Of a DNA stretch of 64,000 nucleotides, positions 37,101 to 48,600 are shown piece after piece. The DNA lies in IMG/VR virus record IMGVR_UViG_3300030330_004154, positions 1 to 64,000 of that record; one strand, 5' to 3'. The stretch is from a virus (Duplodnaviria; Caudoviricetes). Made by a program: the position numbers and the translations under genes. How positions within the stretch are numbered: position 1 is the stretch's first letter; each line of letters begins with the position of its first letter. The notes under the pieces were generated by a model. That model worked only from the letters and a program-made list of their open reading frames with translations, did no database searches and had not been told where the DNA came from.

Positions 37101-39530
37101 TGCTCTATCGTCAGCAAGTTCTGAAGCCTTTTCGTAATTAGACATGACTTGAGTAATAGCACCTTGTATAGAAACAAGACCGGCTTCAGGTATGCCCATC
37201 TTTTCTGCTCTTTTATAGTAAAGAGGATATCCATACGGAGGATTACATGGACTTGCTGGAAGTCCGTCGTCGCCCATCCAGCTTTTTTCAGAGTCCCAAA
37301 GGCATCTAGGAACAGAAACGGCGTAATCTCCACTTGCAAGCGCATCAAATTGACGACTTATTTCTATATTTGTTGCAGCATCTTTTATTTCTGTAACTTT
37401 GTCTACAATAGTATCATTTTTCAAGCTTCTCCACATGGTTTGATTTTCTGCCATTTCTTGCAGATAAACTTCGTCGTACTGCAAAATGAAATCTCGCCAC
37501 TGCTCATAAGACACAGCAGCGTGTCTTAACTCTAACTCTGTAGCAACGTAGTAATTACCAACGCCATGAGCATTTAAGCTTTGAGTGTCAATAAGAATTT
37601 GCTTGTATGGACCAAAGCCTTTTGGTATACTAACAGCCTTTTCTGTTCCAAGAAATCCGTAAAAAGGTAAAATCTGTTGGCTAAGAGATGTTTGAAGTTC
37701 CCACTGACTCTGTTGTAGATAGTCAAAATGATTATTTAGACCATCTTTAAGTCTTCTAAGCTGTAGTTCATCTCTGTCTTTATTGTTGTGAAAGTAGTAC
37801 ATTTCAACTTCTTGTGCGCCAACAACAAATTTATCAGTTGTTACATTTGATACCTCAAATCCAAGATCTTGATTTTCAACGTAAACTTTTCTTTGTTCTA
37901 ATCCATAAATGTAATCTTTAACAGCGCCATATCTTGGCTGTCTAGTCTTGTCGATTCCATCAAGTCTAATGATACCTGCAATTTGATTTTCTGGTTTGTT
38001 ATTAACCTCAACCTCCCAGCGGTTTCTCCAATAGTATGTACTACATGCTGGGTGGTTTATAACAGGAAGAAGTGATACAAATAAATCATGGCTTGTTATG
38101 TCGCAGATCTCTTGAGCTAGAGACAATATGTCAAGCTGGTCAAAATCCATAAAATACATTTTAGGAATTAAGTTTACTGGTAGCCCCGAAAAGTCTACAG
38201 CATAATTGTAACCCCTGAAATTTACAATACCACCAAATCCAGCCTCTCTGTACTCCCTTGGTAAATAGCCATATTTATTAAAGAGAGAAGCAAGACCCTG
38301 CGATATTCTGTACCAAGGCATACCTTTTTCAGACCTACGAGAAAAGCCTTGACCCGTAATAGGGAAGTCGCTAGCCATCCAACCTAAGTCTGCTATTTGA
38401 CCAGCGTAGTCAGACAGCGTAAAGTCTACATCATCAGATAAAAAGATAGCGCTATTAAATGTGGGAGCAAAAGCGCCAGTATATCTAATTGTTGGGCCAA
38501 CTATTTTCCCGTCTTTGTCTTTTGGTAAAAATACCTCTGGGTATATCAAAGATGGTGCATAGTAAGTATCGTCATTTTGATAAACTACTTCCCCTCTAGA
38601 GCCAACCCTTTTCTCAAGTATTCGCTTTCTTTCAAAACTACTATCTAAAAATCCTTGAAGTTCGTCACTAGGGTCATACTCTAAAAATCCATATACATTG
38701 ATAAGATTTTTGTAGTTGTAAACAGTGCCTTGATAATTATTTAAAAGAACTATAGCGTTAGATAGTATTTCTCTGGGGTCTGATAGTTTAGCGTTGTAAA
38801 GAGGTGCGCCACCATTACCCCTGTTTTCTGTGTAGGTTTGTAAAATACCACCGAACGCGAAGTGGTTTTGACCGCGATTTTTAAATCCATAAGAATCATC
38901 GTCCATCGCATAGTATTTTGTTCTATCTACAAATACATCTGCGTGATAACCCGAATCTGGTGGAACTGGCGAGATTGCGCCAGAGTAAAAAGCATACTCT
39001 TTATCAGGTATATTTAATTTACTTAAAACTCCAGACGGATAGTTTGGGTCTTGCCTTCCCACTCCACTAATTCTTGGTAAGTTAAAATCTACAAAAGTAT
39101 AAAAACCATAGGTATCGTCAAAAGTTTTTCTAAACGCTTGCTCAACGGTTGCGGGGTTTTGACCAAACTTAAAGAAAACTGGCGAACCAACAACGGGTGG
39201 CTGAAATACATCTTTAGATCCATTGTGATAAACGTCATCCCCAGAACCCAAAAGGGTTCCGTCAGAATGGTTGTACTCATCCGTCACAAGATCTACAGAC
39301 AAAGAAGAACTAGTATCGCCAAAACCGGCGTTAAGATTAAAATTTCTAATAGAAGCACCAAGGAATGTCTGTTGCCAGAATCCACGGTTTTGATCTGTCC
39401 AGCCAGCAACAGATAATGAACCGTCTTTACCTTGAGGTAAGACAGGACCATCTAAATAATTCTGGTTTCCTAAATCTTCTTTAGTTATGCCAGTATTTGG
39501 AATTATACTGTGATTGTATTCATTTGCCAT
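34125..39530 (-). CDS. Large tail-tip/baseplate hub-like protein (1801 aa)
   Basis: N-terminal TFLGASIRNF..G.G.SSLSVDLV; central coiled-coil; C-terminal GPLVTSIGVDVGTNGLKTT..DLYT.RFG. Position downstream of the tape measure fits a hub/central fibre. Confidence 0.6.
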   Translation of the reverse strand: MANEYNHSIIPNTGITKEDLGNQNYLDGPVLPQGKDGSLSVAGWTDQNRGFWQQTFLGASIRNFNLNAGFGDTSSSLSVDLVTDEYNHSDGTLLGSGDDVYHNGSKDVFQPPVVGSPVFFKFGQNPATVEQAFRKTFDDTYGFYTFVDFNLPRISGVGRQDPNYPSGVLSKLNIPDKEYAFYSGAISPVPPDSGYHADVFVDRTKYYAMDDDSYGFKNRGQNHFAFGGILQTYTENRGNGGAPLYNAKLSDPREILSNAIVLLNNYQGTVYNYKNLINVYGFLEYDPSDELQGFLDSSFERKRILEKRVGSRGEVVYQNDDTYYAPSLIYPEVFLPKDKDGKIVGPTIRYTGAFAPTFNSAIFLSDDVDFTLSDYAGQIADLGWMASDFPITGQGFSRRSEKGMPWYRISQGLASLFNKYGYLPREYREAGFGGIVNFRGYNYAVDFSGLPVNLIPKMYFMDFDQLDILSLAQEICDITSHDLFVSLLPVINHPACSTYYWRNRWEVEVNNKPENQIAGIIRLDGIDKTRQPRYGAVKDYIYGLEQRKVYVENQDLGFEVSNVTTDKFVVGAQEVEMYYFHNNKDRDELQLRRLKDGLNNHFDYLQQSQWELQTSLSQQILPFYGFLGTEKAVSIPKGFGPYKQILIDTQSLNAHGVGNYYVATELELRHAAVSYEQWRDFILQYDEVYLQEMAENQTMWRSLKNDTIVDKVTEIKDAATNIEISRQFDALASGDYAVSVPRCLWDSEKSWMGDDGLPASPCNPPYGYPLYYKRAEKMGIPEAGLVSIQGAITQVMSNYEKASELADDRAKYFFDNKDEAYSRMNTILNSLDGISKYNDNADVSRAYEDYKNSVREDFARLQKIYEEEAAGFRSYQQGILAVSKSTRDGVPLTKTISQIAKKQKKNAEKIHAFLKKIADECLGKKFLVKIPKACNVNYNEQITYYPDFTQNFATGPFGFRPLPINSDASYVNSAFFDLEISYLRAALNLNPFQEKHNHYIDYARLKQEYVAINPKTLKPYTAKKAYTYGALKCNWNPVAEQWDFNYKPEPQGGFFNYALYDQNMSLSESRHVEDNPSELPRAVEQGLVPVDLNNLLVGTSRVSAYVRFDNSQYYDFTQVPSDSYVQQYRDKNKSRMFVADVSESLDNVEVDPRDFLNESFNDLTSLDSMDDRLKRKADTKKYESVAYVKCNIDEEFYMTPKVVKAPTHIWASDYTVNVAMEPPTIVQVRDPSGCLTASGIPPKISPVFGVNRSGANGRDVVWNYPTQPLYEEFEATVKFPAVVSVLEKYGLNWKLKEILRSPSQRLGEGYEDVILLRETGVQYLSGIPIVAPTNVAGSPGAVKLAQNPFSDDDGLITFARRYDRFTDSWLVITEKQLLDPENVYALVTLPGKVLPVAEKRFCESVAQSYEPVKLKNIMTQDVVRHPDFILPPPKVNKPEDIDCNSTSLKDITYETVTRAQKEQQKILRGLSLAENKINYTSPSPVYPDIFALPLMSMERCYGPWQSTNVLNADADPRIRYADIGGRVEFVKDENLAPWNFAGYQLLNEAGALKAQLSNSLLLFSERGGFVFADYPSGIGLAKHLQDEGPLVTSIGVDVGTNGLKTTVKMDLYTSRFGKLQKQKEMAISQVARERQKIIDQNNAAIRRGLGKGQANMDLYGNVLKNGGRALINAAKVDPEEYSSMQKGKFKNNVKFMTNSVDTKTGEFLRNVREVDASTFEEFTSIFPNNNDIRRVQAQNYIEKTAGEVVTYISNSPIGSTVSTVIKSLQSGGDPSNEVRNEVQEITQTPQSSQGTFLDSGE

Positions 39531-39531
39531 C

Positions 39532-40641
39532 TTATAGTCCTAATAGTCCACTAACTGCGTTAAATTTTTCTTGTAATTCTTCTTGTGAATTATATTCTTC
39601 CTCCTCAGATTCTGTGTCGTCCCTATCAATTTGCGGAAATGGAGGAACCGGAGAAGCTAGCACATTATGAAAATCACTAGAGGATCTTGATGGAGAATAT
39701 ACATTGTCAAAAATATTTACGCCAGTCCAATTTTGTGACGTTAAATTTCTAAACTTTCCGGCGCCGTATACACTATATAAATACACGGATCTAGCATTAG
39801 AAAGAAAAGGTATTTCGTTTAAGTTAGATAGATCTTGAACAACCTTTTCATGAGTTCCCTGCTGGAAACCTTTTAATCTGGGTATGTAGTGGATATACGT
39901 ATAAAATATTTGAAAGTCTTCAAAGCCTTTATCAACCTTGTCGTGATCTGCATTTGAAAAATGACTATAATAATATCTTCTTGTTTCGTCTTTGTACTGA
40001 AGTTTTCTCTTTCTTTTGTCGTACCCAATTGGTATTTCTACAACTTTATCTAATTTTCTACCAAAATGAAAAATCCCTAACTGATCAACATTTCTACCAT
40101 CTAGCCACAGTAAATATTTTTTATTCTGATTTATCTTAACCTCTCCAGTATCAAAATAAGCTTCATGATCTAGATCATCAAAAAGTATTATAGCAGCAGA
40201 ATTTCCAGACGGAAAAGTTGGACACGCATAATATATTTCACTATGAATATCTGGTGAGAAATAAATACCACTAGTATCCCACCAGTGAGCGCTGTATCTA
40301 TCTGGTCCGTCAGGGCTAGGCCAAACTGTATAATTACCACTAGAAAAATAAAAGTTACCACGATCTATTCTAACCCCGTTTTCTTCTGGGTCATGGGGAT
40401 ATAAAGCAGGAGCAGAGATGTGACTTTGGTCTTCATCCAGTGCAATATTATAGAATCTAGATGGGTCATCAAATCCCTCGCCAGAAGGGAGTAGTTCAGA
40501 CCCAACTCTTACAGTCCCGCCGTCTACACTAATGACTCTTTCAAGAATCTTTCTCTGCTCATCTGATAAAGGTAGAATCGGATCTTTGCCGGGGTCATGA
40601 AATCCCCACTGATAAAAAGTGCTATTACTAGGCGTCGTCAT
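39532..40641 (-). CDS. Hypothetical protein of the tail operon (369 aa)
   Basis: Coupled between two tail genes; aromatic-rich; no recognisable motif. Confidence 0.6.
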   Translation of the reverse strand: MTTPSNSTFYQWGFHDPGKDPILPLSDEQRKILERVISVDGGTVRVGSELLPSGEGFDDPSRFYNIALDEDQSHISAPALYPHDPEENGVRIDRGNFYFSSGNYTVWPSPDGPDRYSAHWWDTSGIYFSPDIHSEIYYACPTFPSGNSAAIILFDDLDHEAYFDTGEVKINQNKKYLLWLDGRNVDQLGIFHFGRKLDKVVEIPIGYDKRKRKLQYKDETRRYYYSHFSNADHDKVDKGFEDFQIFYTYIHYIPRLKGFQQGTHEKVVQDLSNLNEIPFLSNARSVYLYSVYGAGKFRNLTSQNWTGVNIFDNVYSPSRSSSDFHNVLASPVPPFPQIDRDDTESEEEEYNSQEELQEKFNAVSGLLGL

Positions 40642-42608
40642 TTATCTAACTCGTAAGTCCAAGAAATATTAAATGTATAACTTCCGTCTTTTGGGTTCCA
40701 GCTTTCTGTGGGCGCATTTATAAAATACTTTCTAATTCCCGGCTCTTTTGCTGGGCTTAATTCTGCTAACAAATCGGCTATCTGTGTAGCAGTTGGTTCT
40801 ACGATGCTAGGTTTTTTAAGTAGCAATGGATTTCTTGTTTTCCCGTATGGCAACTTGGTGTAGTCCACAACCAGACTAATGCTTACATCTCTTTTGTATT
40901 CTGTTCTACCGCCAATGTATTGCAGAATAGGTCCAGTTGGACGACCTATAACCGGAATCACAGCAAATACGTCTCCGGGGTATGTATCGTTTACATTTAT
41001 TTGTTCAGACAAAACTCCAGATATAATATTTGTAGGTCTATTGTCAAAAGCTAGGCTGTAAGTTATTTCGCCTGTAAATTCATTAGTCCCTAAAGTTATA
41101 GAGTTAGGAGAAGAATTTAACTCAACAGAAACTAAATTGTTTGCTCTTTTATAAATATCTGATATAAATCCATACTTGCCAGAGTTAGATATTTGATTAT
41201 ATTTTAACTGTGCATTTTCAAATCCAGTTCTAACGCCGAAGTTTTTAGAATTTGAATCATTCCTCTCTTGTATATGATATCCGCTAGGAGTGTACTCGCT
41301 AAGACCCCTCACAGAACCATCAATAGAAACGCTAACAAATGGAGTGCTTAGACTTGAGTTGATAGACGCAGACCAATTTTCAAGCGCATTGCCACTCGCC
41401 ATAACCCAAGTTTCAGTCGCGGTGTAAGTTCCTCCAGCCATGTCAACACTTTCCGTTATGACATGATTATATCCTTTGTATGCATTTACAAGCGATACTG
41501 TACCTTTTCCAATCTGACCAAATACATTTGGATATGCTCCACTTGCATTTCCATAATTTAGCCTTTCTTGAACAAATTTTTTGGCTTGAACCCAAGCGGG
41601 CATAGTTCCATCTTCTACTCCCGGTATCAAGTTGCCATTAGAATCTTTATACTGGTCTGAATTTAAATCAATTCCAGCATTTGGGTCAAAGTAGTGCTTT
41701 TTACCCACGGCGCTAATTGTATGACTAATACGGTAAGTTCTAGGCAAGAAAACATCTTGGTTAGGATTTACTTGTTTGTCATACCTCTCGGTTTGACCTT
41801 CATCAACCTCTAAAGACCAATCTTCACTATAATCTTGAATAAATCTAGCGTTAAATTGTTCTATTAATTTCTTTTCTGTAATACCTTGCGCACTATCATA
41901 AACATCAAAAATTTCTTTATCAGAAGGTGGGCCGGTCAAGCCGTCTCTCGTTTCACCAACTCCAAGTTCTCCACTAGCACCAACTACATATAAACCTTCT
42001 ACATCTGGTGTTAGATTTGCATCATTATCACCTTTTGGGTAAAGAAGCATGTCGGCTTCAAGTGAGATAGTGTAACCACAAGTGTTTATATAGATACCTT
42101 CTTCAAAATTTATATCAAGAACTCTAGGGTAACAAACTATAACGGCTCTATCACCATCAATATCAGATATTTCTAATCGCTGTCCGTCTTGGGCGAACAA
42201 ACCTCTCAAAACTCTTTGTTTTGATAAAATTGCAGTGGCTCTATCTCTAAGATGAACCTGCTGCTCTGGCGGCCTACTGTCCACCATTCCGTCACTTGGA
42301 AGATTTGTAGAGCGGTGGCTAACATCCGTGTCAAACTGACCATATGGCCCCTTTTTGTTTGGTTCAGTTACCCCGCTGGTAAATTCTATTCTGTTCCCAA
42401 AGGCGTTGCCTAGTGAAGCCACATTATCTACGGTATAAGGAGATCCTTCATCTGCCAGTATAGTTCCAGTTAGATTTATAGAGTAATTAACACCAAACGG
42501 ATCTCCAGCCGCATTTTTCAACACATTAGTACTAATAGACACAAACGGGGTTGGTCTAATTGTACACTCTTGCGCTGGATCGTTCTTGTATCTTATTCTA
42601 ATCGGCAT
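40638..42608 (-). CDS. Putative tail structural protein (distal-tail/tube-like, 656 aa)
   Basis: IRPTPFVSIST, YSINLTGT, and repeated beta units (GTYTATETW, GEITYSLAFD, GSYTFNISWTYE). Confidence 0.55.
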   Translation of the reverse strand: MPIRIRYKNDPAQECTIRPTPFVSISTNVLKNAAGDPFGVNYSINLTGTILADEGSPYTVDNVASLGNAFGNRIEFTSGVTEPNKKGPYGQFDTDVSHRSTNLPSDGMVDSRPPEQQVHLRDRATAILSKQRVLRGLFAQDGQRLEISDIDGDRAVIVCYPRVLDINFEEGIYINTCGYTISLEADMLLYPKGDNDANLTPDVEGLYVVGASGELGVGETRDGLTGPPSDKEIFDVYDSAQGITEKKLIEQFNARFIQDYSEDWSLEVDEGQTERYDKQVNPNQDVFLPRTYRISHTISAVGKKHYFDPNAGIDLNSDQYKDSNGNLIPGVEDGTMPAWVQAKKFVQERLNYGNASGAYPNVFGQIGKGTVSLVNAYKGYNHVITESVDMAGGTYTATETWVMASGNALENWSASINSSLSTPFVSVSIDGSVRGLSEYTPSGYHIQERNDSNSKNFGVRTGFENAQLKYNQISNSGKYGFISDIYKRANNLVSVELNSSPNSITLGTNEFTGEITYSLAFDNRPTNIISGVLSEQINVNDTYPGDVFAVIPVIGRPTGPILQYIGGRTEYKRDVSISLVVDYTKLPYGKTRNPLLLKKPSIVEPTATQIADLLAELSPAKEPGIRKYFINAPTESWNPKDGSYTFNISWTYELDK

Positions 42609-45600
42609 TATTTACCCCTAATTCGTAAATCTAACGAAGCGCTATTTACTCCTGACACTCCAGATACAAACAAGTCCATTTCACCAGAATTAAAGAACCT
42701 GTTTCCAGAAACGTAAAAATCAATGTCTCCACTGGCGTAATCTCTATTTCCAGAAGTATATAACTCTATATTATTATACACATATCCACCATCTGTGTCT
42801 TTTATAAACAATGGCATATCTTGCTGCCCAGATCCCGGAACTGCCTTTATAACCATATTAATACTATTATCAATAGGAATTCCACTTATAGGTGTTCCAA
42901 TGACATATTTTACAAAAGGTCTGTGGATGGTAAACCCTTTTGTGGCTGAATCAAATCCAGAACCTTCTAGGTAAATCTCTCCAAATCTGTTTGCAACAAC
43001 CACTCCAGAAGCTTTATAAGTAATAGGATCTCCAGAAACGGGCTGTTCAACAATCAAGGATACATTTCTTGAGTTTTCTGGACCAAACACTCTAGCAAAT
43101 ATGTAACCGCTTTCAGTTGGAATAACTGCTGGTTGCTCTCTTAACATTGCGTCGTAAGTAAATGCCGCTCCAGCGTTTTTCAAAAATCCTGTTGTATGAT
43201 TGCCACTGGTAGGGTAGTCATGATTGATAGCTCCACCCACCAGCGTGTAGTCACTATCTCCACGGAATGACCTGTGCATAGCAACAGACACCCCAAACTT
43301 GTCATTCTCAGTTCCAGATGGATCAGACGCAGTAGAAACAAATCTACCTCTGTGTTGTTGCTTATTTAACTTTTCAGCAAAAACAACCGTTTTAGATCTA
43401 TCACCAAAATTTGTTAAATCATGCCTGTAGGTATATACGGCGCCATCATTTAGAACTGGATTGCCACTTGACTCTGGGTACAAGTGGGCTGGAATGTCAA
43501 ACTCTGCTGTAAATTCTTTTCTAAGAAACGCTGAAGTGCCATCGTAAACGTGGTTATGTTCAGTTATCCAATCGTGATTTGGCGCACCAATAGCAAACAT
43601 GTCAGAAGCAACAGAAACAGAGCGTCCAAACTGATCTGTCTGCCTAAAGTCTTCGTCGTTATGATCTTGACTTCTTTCTGTTCCAATATTTTTTTGACTT
43701 TTTATATTAGCAGCACTTAACCCGCCACTAACGCCAACGTTTGCGCTTTCTGGTTTTAGCTTATCTTTATATTCAAACGGAAGGAATTGAGATTTAGCGT
43801 TTGTTCCTTGACCAGTTCTTTCAAAGAAGAAAGCAGCACCAGCGCCGCCGTACTCGCTAATTTTGTAGCCAGACAGATATGGTGCGCCAGAAACTTCCGT
43901 CCAATCCCAAACCTTGTTTGGATCAAATGCATTAAAAGGACAACCTACAATTAGTTTGCTATCACTAAGGTCAACAGAGTATCCAAACAAATCACCGGGA
44001 AATCCAGAAAATGTGTCAATGTAATCTAGGTAGTCTCTACCAGTTAATTTCTGTAATACAGTAATACCACCCCGTATGCCTTCGTCTTTAGGGTAATAAA
44101 TTACATTTATTTCTACCTGCTTACCATCTTCAAAAGCAAACCTTGGAATACCAGCTTCATCTTTTTGTTCATTAGTAAGTGGGCCAAAACCTCGGAATAT
44201 TCCACTAAATCTTGGGTGTACACCGTAAGTATTTTCTATCAGATTAACAAAACTAGCTCTCTCAGATTCAATCTGATCAAAGGGAGGATTTTTCTGTCTG
44301 TAAACATTTACTGGAGCAAAATCATCTTCATCGCTTCTATAAAGCGCCTGCTTCCCGGTTTTTGCTGACACTCCCGGTTTTCCAAATCTTCTTGTTAGTC
44401 CTTCTTCGTTTACTAGCGAATAGTATTTAGCTGGACTACCCGCTTCTGGACTTCTAATTTTTTGCACGTATTCAAACTTTGTTCCAGTTTCAAAATACTC
44501 TTCATTTTTTTCAAACTTTTGCTCTTGTTGATTTTCTTGCGGGCTTGGCAAATAAAGACTTCTTAGAAACTTTTGATTGTCACCAACTGCATTGTCTCTA
44601 TAATGTGGGCATTTGCCCTGAATAATAGTTGGGTCAGAGATAACAACAATTCTAGACCTTCTTTTGCCAGCGCTAAATGACGAAAAGTTTTCTAATTCTT
44701 CAGCGGCAACGACTGGCCCATCTTCAATTAACTTTTCCGTAGTAATTGTTTCGCAATCTACCAACCCCGGTTCTACATAATTTTCACGACTTCTAGATAT
44801 TGGCTGAAGAACTCCTGATATAACTATTCGCTGCTCAGGAATAACACTAGAAGGAGTGCAAGTCACTTCCCATCCGTCATGAACATCTATACATGTTTTT
44901 GTTGTTACATGTACAGTTTCATAAGGTATTGGGCATCCAGATATAGAAACAATTCTAACAGATCTAGGCTCGACAAACACACTGTCTGCGTCTATTTTTT
45001 CGTGCTTACTAGCGTCAAAAGCTACCGTCAATTCAGTTCCAGATGTACCAACTTGAATCCTGTAAGACTTTTGCTTGACGTTGCCAATCTCTGTTTTTGT
45101 TAAAGAGTCATGAGCAAAGCTGCCATCCTCAATACTATTGTCAGAGATAACAATACCAGTATCTATCTTATCATCGTTAGTTTCAGAAACGTAGTTAACA
45201 AAGACTTGATATCCAGAGGTATCTACGACCGGGAATGTAACAGAAGCGCTAGCCTGCATTGTAAAGAACGCTTGGTCAATAAACTTTTTCTTACGTGCAG
45301 TTAGTGACTCCTCGTACTTAATTATTCGACCACTTGGCTCGGTGTCAATAACTGGGACAATATTAAATTCATTTCTTCTAAATGGATCATTTATATCATC
45401 GCGGAATGTTGTTAAGTAATTAATGTATGTATAATCTGAAGGATAATTTTTTAACCATGAAAATCCTTGAGGGCATCCACTGACTATTTCATAATCATAG
45501 TTTATTGTTTGAGGTGTTTGATCTAAAAGCTGTGCGCTTAAATAATCACTAACCAATTCCGAAAAGGCTGGCTTCATATTTAAATCGAGCTTACTACAAA

Positions 45601-48600
45601 TCTTTGTTACATTTTTGATTGTATCAAAAGGTTGAGAAATTATATTGCCAATATTTCCAAAATTGTCTTCTTCGTAAATTTCTGGTTGAATATTGTATGT
45701 TATAACAACGGTTTTGTTGTCATTTACTAAATACTCTTTTATTTTTTGTACACCGTCTTCATCGTACCCAGTTGGATCTGCAATCCAAAGCACATCAGCA
45801 AGAGCGTAATTTTCATGCGCTGTAAAGTTTTGCTCAACAGTATGTTTATGAGAAGATAAAAGATTAAATAGGTCAGATCGACTTTCTTCATCTCTATCCA
45901 TTACATCAAAGTCAGACATTACATCTGCAAAAGATTCTCTGCCAGTCCAACCTCCAATTTGGTAAACCACACCCGGATTATCACAGTTTCTTTTTACTAT
46001 ACTTGAATAAAACGCAGGGTTCTTGTCATCTTCACCGGCGCTCTTTTCTGGGTCGTTACCAAGGTTGATACGGTTTTCTGGTCTAGTAGAAGCTATCATT
46101 ATAACCTTAGAGCCAACACCAGCATAACTAGGAGCTTCTTGACAAACCAATGGGCTGTCTGGGGATACTATTTCTGTTTCAAATCCATCGTCCATTATCT
46201 GGCTGGCAATTTTACCTTTAGCCTGCAAGATTGGATTTCTAAGATTTAATGCCGTTGGGTTTGTAAATGTATTTAAGTTAAATGCATTGAATGTACCGCT
46301 CGGCCCATTTGTTGGCACAAGTGGTTCATAAATGTTAAATGCTATTTGATCTAAATGGTCTGTTGCCAATCTTTGAAATGACGAACCAACCTCAAAACAC
46401 TCTTTTCTAAATAACTCTGAAGATGTGCATACTTCTGGAATTATAATTTCTGGAATAATTTTAATTCTATCTGGAGTTTTTCTAGCAGCAGTTAAAATAG
46501 GTCTAGGGTCTTGATATGGAGAATCTAAATTTCCGGGAAGTGGATATTGATCACAAGCCCTACTTGGATTTGGATTATCGAAATACATAGGCCAGTTGGT
46601 TTTATACTCTATTTCTGCGCAGCCAAAAGGACCGCAAATAGAGCAGATAGAATTCCACTGCGCTCTTAAATCGCCAAATTGTTTAAGGGGAAGTTCTGGC
46701 TCTGGATTTAAAGGTTTTAAGGGATCGTTACATGGCATTTGCACACCACTACCTTTGAATACAGAAACCTCGTTGTCTTTAAGTCTTATCTTAATATCAC
46801 CAACACCTCTAGCATAAATATTGTCAGTACTAATTTTAGATTCGTATTCACTAAAAGTTGTGTGATTGTATTCAGGTTGAAATGCTTGCACCACATTGAA
46901 AGACCCAGATTCAGCACATTCCAAAAGCGCATCTTCTTGATTTCTTGCAGCTTGAACTACCATCCTAGAACCAAGCTTTTCAAGTATTGTATTGACAATA
47001 TCTGTAGACTTTGCGTATGCGCCGCCATCCTCAAACTTAGGGTCGTTAGCAACAAGCACTAACGTTCTATCGCCAAGAGCTAGCCATTCCTTGATATTGG
47101 TAAGTATTTCTTCTCCACCGTCTTGAGAAATAACATCTCTTTCCGGTGTAATAATAAAGGCAACTCCAGCGTCTTGAGGTATCTTCTTTTCAGAAAATTC
47201 CATCTTCCTGAACGATCTAGGTTTAGTTCCCTCTTCTGCTACATCAACACCAAAGTAGATACCCATTCTCTCGTAAGAAATAGAGGTATCATTTTGATTA
47301 AGGGATCTATCAAGATTTCCAAATCTAGTAAACTCGACAACACCGCTATGAGGGTGGTATTTTCTTGATTCAAAAAGTCTGACTGCACCAGCATTTGTTA
47401 TAGAGGGCCAACGATTATTTCCAGAGCCTAAATCTGTTGTTCCGCCATACCAAACATTAAGGTCATCAAACTCATTGAATGAATCTGTTGGCGCACCAAA
47501 TGCAACTATATTGCCAGTATCGCTAACTGCACAGCTATACCCAAGCCTTGATGTTGGAGCAAATTCACTAGCTAAAAATCCCCATGTGCCAGTGTAAGGA
47601 ATGTCTGTGTACTTATAGTCATATATTTTTTTGTAAAGCTCAATAGTATTAGTAGCGCCCCAGAAACTAACGTCTGTTCTATAGAAGAACTTATCGGATG
47701 CATTTAATTCTAAATAAGATTGTGACTGAGCAATACTTTCCCCGGAGTCTGCAAGTAATTCATCATACCTATCTATATTTGCAGAAAAATCTAATCTAGT
47801 GTTGTCTAGACCATTGTAATCATGACGACCGCTAGCATGAACAAACCAGTCTCTAATGTTAGAATACATTCTGTCATTTTCAGTTTCAACTCTTTCAAAA
47901 ACTTCGCAAGGTCTTGGAGTGAAGGGAGATCCAATAGCAATAATCTTACCATCTTTACTTATATCAACAGCATGACCAAATCTATCGTGATAGTCTTTGC
48001 CTAGTTCAAAGTTCAAAAAATCATCATTGCTTTCATCGTCACCAAGAGCTATTGTAGAAGCCCTTCTATTGAAAGTTTTAATCTCTTGGACTAAGTTTAT
48101 ATCATCGCCCTCTTTGTCGAAAATGTAAACTTTACCCCCAGAAGAAGGTGGTATTTGAAATGTTCCAAGCGCAGGGTTAGCGTTAACATCAAAACCACTA
48201 GCTATGTATCTAAGCGCATCGTTATTTATAAGATTTCCAGTGTCAAGCGTTTCTTGTAGTAACTGAACAGAAGCGTCAGCCCATTTTTCTGCAACGCCAT
48301 TTATTCTATTTACATAACCGCTATTGGGGTATGAAGTTTCTGGATCAATAACGCCACTTTGATAAGCATAAGATTGATAGAAATTAACAAAGTTTTTGAT
48401 AGGTTCATTTATGTCGTCGCCACCCAGACTAGACGGGCTTTCATCTGCAAATATACCAAGTATGGGCGGCAACCCGCTATGAGGGTTGTCGGAAACTTTA
48501 AAGGCATCTAGGAAAAGAGATTTGATATCTTTAGCAATTGACTCCACAGTAACAGTTGCGTCTACGTTAGAATTGCTAAGTTTGTCTATATAGGCGAACT